A stretch of 42,750 bases of DNA from Phoronis australis (lineage: Eukaryota > Animalia > Phoronida): the NCBI GenBank assembly GCA_002633005.1, contig NMRA01001179.1, positions 1 through 42,750 of the forward strand, read 5' to 3'. Positions 1 to 13,000 of the stretch are shown here, piece after piece. How positions within the stretch are numbered: the stretch's first letter is position 1; every line of letters begins with the position of its first letter. A program made the position numbers and the translations under genes. The notes under the pieces are model-generated. The model was not told the origin of the DNA. It did no database searches and saw nothing but the letters and a program-made list of their open reading frames with translations.

Positions 1-630
1 GAAATTACATTATTGGGGAGAAATAAAACAACAAGAATAATATGTATTTTAAGTTGTATTGGGAATTTCAGGCTCACAATTCAACAAATAAATATTCCAC
101 AGAAGGAACCAGAGGGGTTCCTTAATTACAAGAGATAACACACACACTTACGATAACCAATGTGTAATTGAGTATCGGATACTGAGTGGTACAAGTTAGA
201 ATAGTACCAAATGGGTACATAATACCAAATGGGTATTGGCCGATTGCCTACCAAGTGTGGCGAGCAAAGCCATCTGTGGCTAAAAGTAATAAACACCGGA
301 AGTAACGCTTGTCCAGGACAATTAACGCCGAACAGGAAGGAATCTACTAGGTATAAGATTATCTAACTGGTAAACCTTACCAGTGAATGTACTGTTGCTT
401 GAGGCTGGGCCAACAAGAAGCTGGAAAGAAAGAACAAACAGCGCTACCATCGGACTAGGTAGGAACTAACTAGGGGTTCGATATGAAGCATGAAGGGCTG
501 CATAATGGTATTTGCCCAAATAATAGGATTTATGTAAGAGTGCCACATATCTCATTATTTATTGCTTAATATGTTGTCTTGGACCCCTGTATCCTACCTC
601 TTTTTTTGCTATACTCAAATATTGTTGCAG

Positions 631-1080
631 AGCCAAGACTGACCGTCAGTTCAACGATTGATGGAACGAACACCAACATCGTTTACGTTCACGTTGGGAA
701 GTTGATGACGTTTAGCAAAGCTGTTGAAGAATGCGAACGAGTTGGCCTTCGTCTGCTCACTTTTGACTCGTATTCAGAAATCAACTTAATCGATACCTTT
801 CTTCAGTTCGATAAAGGGACAGCGGTACCGTATTGGATTGGTATTCGTACGACAGGCCTTACCTCTGTGTCCGTCCACAGAACCATATACGGCGACAAGA
901 TCAAAGCGAACAAGTTCCCTAACCCTCTCTTGGGTGACGTAAATAACTTTACACTGTGTACGGTGTCGACGGGCCTGAACACTTGGATTGAGATCATCTG
1001 CTCATCAACAACCATGTTTAATGGTGCAATTGCAGAAATACAAGTTGTTTGTAAAGGACCCCTTTCATCTTACACAGAGG
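631..1080 (+). CDS. aGPCR exon: C-type lectin-like domain
   Basis: Within ORF 579-1169: MTFSKAVEECERVGLRLL...YWIGI...LCTV...WIEIIC...VVCK gives the CTLD four-Cys pattern and WIGL-like motif. Acceptor ttgcAG at 629-630, donor GTGAGT at 1081, phase 1-1. Confidence 0.8.
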
Positions 1081-4000
1081 GTGAGTTCGCCAGTTACCAT
1101 TACAACTGCAAAGCTGACAACTTTATGACACGCCTCCATTTAAACAATTACCCAAAAGCAAAGCAATAAAGCAGATTTGCCGGCCACACAAAAATCTGTG
1201 TCGATCCTTTGCATATTAACATAGAACAACATTTCCCTCACATAACAGATCATTCAGAGCATTGTCAAATTAAAAAGAGCGGTGAACAGCTATCACGTTC
1301 GATAAGAATTATCAGGATTGCTTCACTCTTGTAGCAAGAGATGTCTCAAATTTCCTTTTGTTGATGATGATTTTTACCACAAAGCGTCAAATCTTACGTA
1401 AAATGCCTTGAAATCGTAACAAGTGTGTTGGTTACGATGGACCTATTTGTTAGCTTTAATCACGGTGGCATTGGCGACGTTTCCAAAGGGCTATTCCGAA
1501 AATTTACATTAACTAGATTTCGCGCGTGTACTAGTGGTGATAGATTAAGCAACCTCGATTTCGCGAACCCTTAAATACATGGTGAAATGGCTTGCAGCCG
1601 TGCCAACTGAATCTGAGATTGGGTAAAAAGGGTGTTTCTATGGGAGGAAGTAAGCATGACCTTATGCAATGTAAGGTTTGTTATTATTTTAACAATTGTT
1701 CTATGTTTATTCTACTGATGTCTGTTAACTGAGGTATTTGCCGATGTCGTTGTTTGTTGTGATGAGTGTGTCAGAATAAATATTGATTAAGTAATTAGTA
1801 AGACTAGGGAATGCTGTTGGCGTCAGCAAGGATCCTGATCCCAATTGGCAGCCACGAGATAGTGTGATGTCCGCAGTCACTACTAGAGCACAGGCTAAGA
1901 AGAGAGAGAAACCTATTAAGCCTTTGGAAGTGACAACATCCGGAGTGGAAAGTCTCGACGTCAGCAAATTAAAGGACGAGAAACAACATGAGCCTTCCCT
2001 ACGTAAGCTCATGGAACTTGTTGAGAAAGACAAACCAGCAAGAACACGTGGTAGAGGTCAATAATGGTATGAGAAGCAAAAGGGGGTCCTGTACCGAGTG
2101 TATGCTGATAACACCAAAGAGTTGCGTCAGATAGTTGTCCCTTTCAAATATAGACAACAGGTTATGACGCTAGCTCACGAGTCAATCGTAGGTGGGCACC
2201 TTGGTGTGAGGAAGACCAGCGATATAAAAGCCAGTAGCTTTTATTGGCCAGGAGTTGGCAGTGACATAAATTGTTTCTGCAGATCATGTGACATCTTTCA
2301 GCGAACAACTCCTAAGGGCAGGATCTCTAAAGTGCCACTGGGTGAGATGCCACTTATGGAAGAAATCGTTCCAGCGTATAGCTGTTGATTTGATTGGGCC
2401 TGTGTCGCCAATTACAGACAGAGGCAACCGGTACATTCTCACCATCGTAGACTATGCCTGAGGCAGTCCCTCTACCCAGAATAGAAGCTGCTCGAGTCGC
2501 AGAAGCACTATTTGAAACCTTCTGTAGAATTGGCTTTCCACGAGAGGTGCTTAGTGACTGTGGGACACAGTTTACCTCAGAAGTTCTGAAGGAAGTTGCA
2601 CGGCTAATATCCATGAAGCAACTGTTCACCACTCCGTACAATCCGAAATGCAATGGATTGTGTGAGCGTATTAACGGTGTACTGACGAGTATGATTAAGA
2701 AAATGTGCCAAGAGCGTCCACAACACTGGTACCGGTACTTACCAGCAGTACTGTTCGCCTACCGAGAGCACAACAAGTGAGCATAGGTTTCTCGCCATTT
2801 GAACTGTTGTATGGTAGAACCATGCGAGGGCCCATGCAGGTGCTTAAAGAGTTGTGGACAGGCAATGAAACACAAGACGTAAGGAATACTTATGAGTATG
2901 TCCTCGACTTGCGACATCGTCTGGAAGAGACATGTGAACTGGTGCGGGAAAACTTACGAAATGCTGGTGAAGCATACAAGCACCATTATGACAAAAAGAC
3001 ACGAGATCGTCGCTTCAAAGTAGGAGACCAAGTCTTGATATTGTTACCAACCGACAGAAACAAGCTACTACTGCAGTGGAGGGGTCCCTATAAAGTGACC
3101 GAGGTACTCAACAGAATGGACTACCGAGTAAGGGTTAGTGGAAAGACCAAGACATACCATGCCAACCTGTTGAAACTCTACATATCTCGTGACCCAAGTG
3201 AGGCTGCAAGTAAAGATGATACAGATCAGAATTCTGACATCACAGCCATAGCCGTACTTCAGCCTGAAATGGACAATGAAGTTGGTGTTGTCGATGATGA
3301 ACATCTACTAGAGCTGGGATCGACAAACCAAAAAGAAACGTACAAAGATGTCAAGATATCAGACGAGCTCACTACTAGCCAACAAAGGGAGGTGATAAGT
3401 CTGCTAGAAGAGTACTCTGACATCTTCAGTGAAGTACCAGGTACGACCCATCTGGTTGAGCACAAGATTGAGACCATCAGTGAAGAGCCGGTGAGAGTCA
3501 AGCCGTATACCGTGCCATATGCCACACGGTAGGTTGTGCAGGAGGACGTTGACAACATGTTAAAGTGTGGAGTCATAGAACCATCCAATGCACCCTACAA
3601 CTCTCCGGCGGTCTTAGTGAAGAAGAAGGACGGTTCAAATCGATTCTGCATCGATTTTCGTCGTTTGAACGCCATCCCCAAGTTCGACTCGGAACCGATG
3701 GGCAATCCTGATGACATCATGGCTAAGATCAGCAAAGACCAGTATTTTACGAAGATTGATCTAAGTAAATGATACTGGCAAGTCATTGTCCCGAAGAATC
3801 ACGACCCAAGACTTCATTTGTAGTACCAAGTGGTTGCTGCAAGTTTGTAAAGACGCCCTTTGGTCTGGTAAGTTCAGCAGCGACCTTCGACCGCATGATG
3901 AGGAAGATGTTGGCAGGAGCACATGAGACAGCTTCCAACGTGTGCGAGAGGCTGGACTAACGATTTGACCCACCAAGTGTTCGGTTGGATCTCGTCCCGT

Positions 4001-7000
4001 CGATTTCGTTGGACATGTGGTCGGTGAAGGGCACCTGGCAATGGATGAAGAAAAGCTGGGACGTATCCGAGATGCACCACGACCCAGAACGAAGAAACAA
4101 GTTCGTTCTTTTCTTGGGTTGGCTTGATACTACAGGAAGTTCATCCCAGACTTTGCTGAAATCGCCAACCAGCTTACTGAGCTCACGAAGAAGAAACAGC
4201 CCAACACCGTGCAATGGGAAGAAACTCAGCAGCATGCATTCGACACTCTTCGAGACCTGCTGACGAGAGCACCCGTATTGAGATTACCTGATTTCAATGA
4301 ACCTTTCATTGTTCAGACTGATGCGTCAGATACTGGTATAGGCTGCATTTTGTTGCAGGAGTATGTTGATGGCAGGTTCTCAGTAGCATGTGCTAGTAAG
4401 AAATTGTTACCTCGGGAACGGAATTACTCTGTCATATACACTGTAGAGGGAATGTTTGGCCATTGTATTTGCCATCAGAAAATTTGCGAAGTACTTGTAT
4501 GGTAAATGATTTATCATTCATACTAACCATCAACCCCTGGCTTACATTCAGAAAAGTAAGTTAGTCAATGGACACATCATGAGGTGGGCCTTGATTTTGC
4601 AAAACTATCGACTTAAGGTTGAAGCTATCAAAGGCTCCGAAAATGTTGGTGCCGATTACCTGAGTAGATGAGAGCATTGAAGATTCATGGAAATTAATTG
4701 GGTAATAGATCTAAGTGTTAATCAATATTTAAGTCTTCCATGTTGAGAAAATCTTAAGAAGAATTTTCTTGAGGAGGGGCTTATTTGTCAGAATAAATAT
4801 TGATTAAGTAATTAGTAAGAATAGATCTATTTTAAGTTGCCCAAAATTTGTGCATATGTACTTTTTAATCATGGGGTCAGACTTGTTGACATGTATTTTA
4901 ACGTCAAAATCTAATTTTAGATGGTGTTTACAACTTTGGGTTCTGGGGTCAAAGTACTCTACAGATTCTAGAATATTCTGAGAACAAACTGTAACAATCA
5001 ATAATACGAGTGGATATGATCATGTGGCTTTTATTTGCCAATCACTAAATAAGTAGAATGTTATATTATGGGCTGAAATCAACAAGATAATTAGATGAGT
5101 TATAATTGTAGTTGAAGCATAAAGACTTGCTACAGTGTACAGAGCAAATTGTACGACAGAGCCATCTCGTGGAAGATTCTAGAAAGGATCTTGGCAAGGG
5201 CAAGGGTTAACGAACAGGAAGTTAACTAAGAGCTTGTCACTTGCATTGTGGGTAGTAAGGTACTACCTGAAGTGTTGCGTCATCAGCCAGAGACTGTGTG
5301 AGCAAGAAGAATCGCGGGTAGAAGAAATTGCCTGCAAGTGTTGCATCACCAGAGACGGTGACCAGCAAGTATACTGTCGCTATACAGTGTGCGTAGTTCG
5401 AAGATTCACCAACACGACAGACATCCAACAAGTGGAGAGTCCTAGCTTGGATAGCAGATAAGACATGTGATTGTTTTTGTTGTTTGATTAAAGTAATCGT
5501 TAAGGAGGGCGCTAGCGTAGTTACTCTTGGTAGAATAATTAATTAATTACCAGTCAGTTTCATTTGTCTAATTAGGAGTTATCATATATAGCACTCGGGA
5601 TCTTTTCGTACACCAAAGCAGTATTATTGTTTGAATGATTTCTAACAGGCTTGTCAGTGACAGTTACATCAATCAATGCTCAATGTTTATGCTGAAAACT
5701 CGATATTGGTTAGTGAGTAAAGATTACAATCCAAGCCCAATGGCTAAGGGTACGTGACAAATATCCACTAGACTATTTTTACTCCCTATCCTATGTCTTC
5801 CAGAAATCTATTACACGTTGAAGTGGAAATCTATCATGTCTGTTTTCACATGACCTTTGGTTTTTAGGTGTGAGGGCTTCTCCCGGGTAGCGGAGATATG
5901 CAAAGCTCCACAGCATTTCCACACACCAGCAGTGTTGCATGGCACAATGTACAAGTCAGTGGCCCTGGAGAAATGTGATTCGCAGTATTAAGTTATCAGA
6001 AGACAATGTGCCAGTGGATTAATTGTGTATGAAGATGAAACATGTCTGACTGCTACACAAGTCTTTGGGGGAAATGACGTTCAGTGACAGCATAGATTTT
6101 CTTGCTGTCAGTAGAAAGCCCGTTAATGTTACACTTTGATGATCAAATAAATTTTTAATCAACAGGCAAGTTTGTCACTAATTATTGAAACCACAATATT
6201 TCTCTTGTTTTAAAGCCCCATACAGTGCAGTTGTGCTTGTTCTTCATGAAACCGAAATGATTACCAAAGACGCTTGCAAATTGTCATTTTCCTGTTGACC
6301 TATAGAAATGAGCAGCGATAAAAATGAAGTATTCCGGTTGTTTGCATTGATTTGTTCGTGTGTGTGTAAATATTTTTGGAGCTTTCTTAAGAAGGTCTTT
6401 GAACAATTTTAAGTTTTTTTTGTTTCCCTGTCTACAAACAATAGTTCCACATTTAAGAAAAATATGTTTTCAATTGTAGCTAGCTGGATAAGAATCTGCT
6501 ATGTACAAGATTCGGGAATGAACAATTATCAGTGTATTTAAAAACAAAATGGTAAACTGAATAACCACATACATACAAAGAAACAACATTGTTAAAACAC
6601 TTGTAATTTTCCCAATGCAATGCAGTCCATAATCAGGCATATCAAGTGCAGAATGTCTGAATTAGGTTCAATTTTCTCGGGTTTCTGTAGGATTGCTTTT
6701 CATATATTGTCCAAAGGTAAGATAGACCGTCAGGTGGCTGGTTTCATGCATTTTCTTTCATCTGTAACAGAATAGTCAGAGAAAAATTAGCAAATTATCA
6801 AAGAAAACACAAAACAAAACTACTTTTGTAAGGCAGAACATACTTGACGTTTCATTTCATGTTTATATGTAGAAACTAATAATCTTTGTACCCAAGTCAT
6901 ATTTAAGATCTCAATTAGACTATGTGAAACAGGCTAAACTGATTTAACAATGTGTATTTTTTCATGGCACCTAAAATGTGCTTCTGATCTCAACAAGTAA

Positions 7001-10000
7001 AATTCATTGTAAGTGTCAATTTTAGTCCAGTGCAATATTACGACCTTTTCTGGATACTGCTTATTCACGTTAATTCGGTAACTAATCTGGTAGCCCTGGG
7101 GGTGGGGTCCGCTACAAAATAAGGAAACTCACTCATCTAGAGAATTGTATTGGACATAGCATAGCTTGAAGAAAAACTGCCGTGAAAAAGTCACCCTTGA
7201 CTTCTGAGCGTCACGTACCATACACCTCTTATATTAAGCGCACTCCCACTCAGGACAATATGTGAATATGTTCTGCTGACCTACAAGATATCCGAGTCCC
7301 GGGTGAGTTTCCGAAAAGAAACACTTATTTGCACTCAATAAACCCGTTATTCAGTGGGAATAACATCATCGAACGATGTCAATAGAAACTGATTGCTAAA
7401 GACTTACCAAGTAACGTTATGTAGTCTCCCAAATGCATATAGAGCACACACGAGGCTTCGGCATCCTCACACTTTTTGTCAGTTGGTTGACCCTTTTGAC
7501 CGCAATTCTCCACGAATGTAGTAACCTTAGGTCTTTTGAGAATTTGTGGCCACCTGTCGAAGACTTGCACCGGGGAAAATAGCACTAATAAGGCTTAGCG
7601 CGACGACGTAATTTCATAACAATTCCGTCTTTTTACCAGTTGTTTACATGCAGACAGTGACGCATGCGCAATTCAATCACCACTAGTACAGCAGCAACAC
7701 CGCGAGGAGAATTCTCCAAATAGCCCCATTAAGGTATCGCCAGAAAAAGAATTCTGCCTGCATTTGAACAGGAAGCATGGAAATGCACAGCTATTCTTTC
7801 AGGAGTGCGATCTTTTGATAGTTAGGAGGATCCCTTACCATGAATGTACATATTCTAGGTTTGAATTTGCAAAAAACGTATACTTCCACATCATCGGCTT
7901 ATGTGACCTCGACAACATCTGAAAGAATGTCTGCCACAACAGAATCTGCTGTAGAAACGACAACAGAAAAAATGACAACAAGATATTTTACAGCCGCCTC
8001 TTCAGAGAAATCTGATGAAACGTCAACTTCGTCAGAGCAGGGCATCTCCTCGGTGACAACACTAACAAGCACACCAACAGTGTACGACACAACCAGTATG
8101 CAGTCGTACACGACAAATTCGTCGAAGGCTCTGTCGTGTCAAGAAATTAAAGAGGCTTTGACATACTGCACATCCGTAAGTGTACTTAATGATATTGCAT
8201 GGAGTTCTTAGAGTAGCTAAGCTCCGTGTTGCATCTTTTTCAAACTATTGTTATGGCTCTTCTTTAGGATTGGAACACTGTCTTGTTTCTTAATACAGCG
8301 AGTTAGTGTTCCTAATCAAGTTTTATTGTCTGAGAACTTCGGGCAAATGTGGGAACATGTTACATTACAGGTTTCTTTCAAATATAGCCTATTTATAAGC
8401 TTGGTGGAATAATAAACATATTCGGTAATTTCAGTGCAAAGCGCGCACCGCTTCATGGAAAACGAAACCATGCACGTGATCGGGCTATTTGGCCGTGTTG
8501 GCAAGCGTGAATTTTCATATTTTCTTTGAATCGCTACAGATACATAGGAAAAATAAAATGATATCATAACCACTACTCAAGTAGTTCTACCCTTTGTGAG
8601 TTTAAGTTCATGAGACCCATGTACAGTTTCTTGTTTAAATTCGTTAAGTTTTTTCGCTCACCAGTAAATGGAAACGTCTAAAATTTAGACACAATTTCAA
8701 GAGTTTTGAGATATTCTCATTATAAGCAACTGAAACACCTAAACTGCTTTCTACTAACGCATGAAAAAATTGTAAAGAACTTCTCTGTTTTGTTGAAACA
8801 TGGCGTCAAACACGAAGATCCACCATGTACAGAGTTATGACTGATGACAAAAACAGTAGCACATTCAGTTTGTATACTGTACGTATTTTAAACATTTCAA
8901 AACTGATGATATGAACCATTTGCAATCTTTTTGGATATTAGACTGTTGATCTGATACCATCTGTAAAAAAGCGATTTATCTTGCTAATAGCGCGTCAGGC
9001 AACTCGCTAGCTTTTTAGGTATATGTATCCAACGTCCATTTAAAACAGTGGAAATTTTTAATCCTTGAATAATTTGCAGAAACCGAGGACAAGCGAACGT
9101 ACAGTAGGCTACGCGACAGGGTCGGTTTTCGTGTACTAGTTTCTGAAGGATCAGTTCAACATTATTTCAATTGCTTATTAGTCAAAACGCTCGGAACCAT
9201 TGATAACGTACACCTAACGTAAACACAATATTTCCTCAAGAGAAGCATTGAAGATGGGTGTCACTTTTAAAGTGCTTACCATAGACCAACAAGAACAGCG
9301 ATGGATTAGTTTATAAAAGAACAGTCAGCTCTAGAATGGTGGAATCGGATAGCACATTCAAAGAGCAGATTCAGAGAGCGCTTCATGAAAATGATGTCCA
9401 TCCCCACGTTAAATTTCAGAAAGATCCGTTAATCGATACGGCACAAGAAATAATGATCAATCATTGAAGGAGAAGTCGTTGGAGAATCTCGAATAAATCA
9501 AGAACTGTAAGACGCAGAGGGGAACAAATGCATACTTCAGATAGCTTTGTTTATGTACCAAATTTCATATTAAGAATTCACCTACGGACCGCTATGCTAA
9601 ACTTCCGTGAAATTTTGAAAAATGGCATTTCACCACCACACCTCTGGTACGATTTCGCCCCAAAACAATAGGCATCGATCCTTTAACGAAATTAAAACTG
9701 TGTGGTAATCTCCCGTCGATCGAAGTTAAATACGATTTTTAGTGTGGTTACGGTGAACCAACATATCAACGAGGAATCGGTAAACAAAGGATGAATACAA
9801 CCTGTAGTGCGGTTTTGGCGAACCATTGGATCAACAAGGAATTGGTAAACGAAAGAACAGTAATTAGACCAGTGAACCTCCAATAACTTGAAAGCGCCAT
9901 ATTGGAGCTACAAACGGGTGGCACGTCTATCCACATACCAAATTGATGGCCACATAAGGTCGCCGGATATACATGTACGGCATGAGAGATCAATCAAAGA

Positions 10001-13000
10001 AAGAGAAGCCACTGGGAAATCTCGAATAACTAGAAAACGGGAAATCATAACTAAAAACGGATGGCATATTCCAGACAGCTCTTGACAAGATCTATCTTCA
10101 AACCAAATTCAGAGGAATCCCTTCAACTAGAACCGTGGAGATTTAGCTCAGCGAAGCGAAAGTTCAAAAATGGCCGTCACGGCGCCGACTTTGCTCCGAT
10201 ATCACCCAAAAACCGTGTGTATCGAGCGCTTAAGAAGAAATATGTTGTGTATACAATTCCATGGCGATCGCTCAAAAAGTGAAACCGGATGCACACTATA
10301 ATAGACGAACAAAAGTGCAGAGAGGAAATAGGGAATGAAAGAACAGTTGCCTGACCAGATCTCCAATAGCTCGACAAAACTAAGTCATAGCGAAAAACGG
10401 ATGGATATCGCAGAAGCCTCTTTTTGACATCTATCCAACTGCTAAATTCAAAATTATTTGCCAAAAGTCTCCGGAGATGAGGTATGAAAAATCAATAAAT
10501 TTGAAAAGATGCCAACCCGGTTGCAGCCTATCAACAGATACTAACCACGACTTTTCCATCCAGTTATCTGAAATAAAATAGTGTTCTCTAACCCTAGATA
10601 ACCCTCAATAGGGTTTAGTATTCTTTAGAGAGAAGTCAAATTGCTCAAAAGCGGCACGTCGGAGCACAAACGAATGGCACAATACAGATAGGCCCTGACC
10701 AGATCCATCCACAAACCAAATTTCAAGAAAAAAACCGTTAAGGAACACCGGAGATAAGGCTCCGTAAAGCGAAAAATCGGTCGCGTCACCGCAAAACTCA
10801 CGTAAGTTAAGAACCAAAAACACTAGACCACGCAAGCTTTTAACGAGAGTCACGTTTAAGTAAATCTCATGCCGATCGGTTTTGCGAATCATAACAGTAA
10901 AGTATAGAACCCACGTAATTCTTGAAGTCTGAGACGCATGACTGCGCTGAAGCCTGAGAAACGTGCAAGAGTTGGAACCTTAGTCATCCGGAAATTTCGA
11001 ATAACACGAGAACGGCTAGTCGTAGCCAGAAATTTTCTGTAAGCTTTTTATTATAATTGATACATACCAGGCCTGCAAAACTGGATGATTAAACATGATC
11101 GACCGCAGACACGACACCTCTCGGCGATGCAAGATCGTCTGAAACTGTCAACTACATGACGCAACTTTGTAAAAACATGCTTGCGCAATGTAAAGTAAAC
11201 TACAGCACAGCTAGACAGTTTCACCAAGTTTCTTGAGTTGGGGTTCGTCTCAGTTTGAATGAAGGTGTGGATATGGAATTTGCTGCCGAATTAAAAAGTT
11301 GTTCTCACGTCCTTCCGACTGGGAGTACGACAGTTTCCACACCCGATTTGTCAGTCACCTTCACGGAATTCCGTCATTGTTTGGTTGGCGCGCGTTTGGT
11401 TGGCGCACATTTGGTTGGCGCGCGCATGGTTGTTGGCATTAGTGTTTTGCAGACGTATGGATTTCTACATTGCACTACTTTGTGATTTGTACATGTAATA
11501 TAGAAATACATGTACGTACTCGATGTTATTAACTAGCGTGTCGTTACACATTCCAGGTCATGTGAGAAAACATAAAACGTACTAGAATCTTTCAATATTT
11601 ATTCGAATTTTTGAAAAGGAACTCATTTTTTTTACACGACAGGTATATTGGAAGCTATTACCTGCACATAAGTTGCTGAAGCTTCAACCGATCACGGGGG
11701 GGGGGTTATGACTCACCTCGGCATGCCCAATCCGACGGAAAACAACACAAAATTCACCTTAAAACAAAGAGCAAAAACGAAGTATTGCCATTTTGAAGCT
11801 TGTTCAACACACCATGAAAAAGCATTGTGGACAAGTCATGTGCTCCATCATATGTCACTTTGCTTGAGGTTGTCAGACAATGATTCAAACACGATATCAC
11901 CGGGGAGCGAACGAAGCCCACTGATTACTTCAACGGTAGGAATCATTAACGCTAACTTGATTTATTTCAGTATGAAATTTATGGTTTCGGTTTGATCTAA
12001 CTTTCAATGCCTAATTCCTGTATTTCACACCCCTGCTCTTCTCGGCTGTGATGTAAGATTACATTGATTTTCCAACGGTGGCGCTATGAGGTAAGAATAC
12101 ATTGATTGTTCAACGGTGGTGCTGTGTGAACGACGGGCTTCGCTGTCTTTTGTCCTTGAAAACCATCGGGAAGAAAAATTGTGACATCCTGCATCCGTGG
12201 ATTTTCATCCACTTCCTTGAATCGGCATTGCAGCCCACGGCACAGCACTAGTACTGTCCCGGCATAACTTAAATATGACATAAGATATTCATCGTAATCT
12301 ATTTTGCCCGAGGTACACCACGAGCTACGTTGCAGAGTAAAACAAGAGGAGGATTGCGAATAATGTCATTTATTATGACGTAAATAGATAAAACTAACTA
12401 AGACTCTGCAAGATGGGCATGGACAAAACGCCCACCTGCTCTGAATAGCCCTCAAAGAGGGAACAAAACAAAAGAACTGCCTGAAGGGCTTAAGGGAAAA
12501 GTAAAGAAAATGAACACAAAAATTGAAAACACATTACAGGAAATGTATATGAGAAAAGAGAAAGTGGAACCGACACCCGGGATGGGGAGTGGGAAAAAAT
12601 GCAGAGAACGAACGTAGGTCTTGTAGACGACGAGCATTGGGTCTTTAATAGACCATGATTTTCTCTGACTGTAATGGAACACGATTTGGAAAGTTATTAA
12701 ATACACTGTAGGTACATGTACAATGCAATAAATGTCTAAAGATACTAAAGATTTGAAGTCTTTTGCTCTCACGTTCCGGGTGTCTTTTTTCTCTTGGTCT
12801 ACGCTCTTTAATTCCTACTCCCGAAAAATGTATTTTTCAGTTGTTTTGGTCTCCTGTCTTCAAGTCTGAAAACCTAGGACAAAAACCGCGCAGAGGCCGA
12901 TCTCATAAAATCACTTTCTCATCGATAATATATTTTTAAAACACAATTCTTATATGTAATTGCGGTAAACCATTGTTGCAGGTATTTGAAGTTGGCAGGC

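Larger units (their letters stand above)
1769..5759 (+). mobile_element. Decayed Ty3/gypsy LTR retrotransposon, Gmr1-like (INT before RT-RNaseH), internally deleted
   Basis: A 35-bp 5' LTR stub at 1769-1803 is identical to the LTR start at 4786. PPT GAGGAGGGG at 4771-79. The pol remnant is frameshifted. The 3' end (TGACA at 5755-59) is tentative and no TSD was found. Confidence 0.9.

Noticed and set aside
1-530. Possible LTR or promoter with short repeats (TACCAAATGGGTA x2, CTGGTAAACCTTACCAG)
   Set aside because: No second copy, termini or diagnostic motif in the window to support a call.
11381-11425. 15-bp x3 repeat TTGGTTGGCGCGCGT
   Set aside because: Too short to interpret; no function can be supported.
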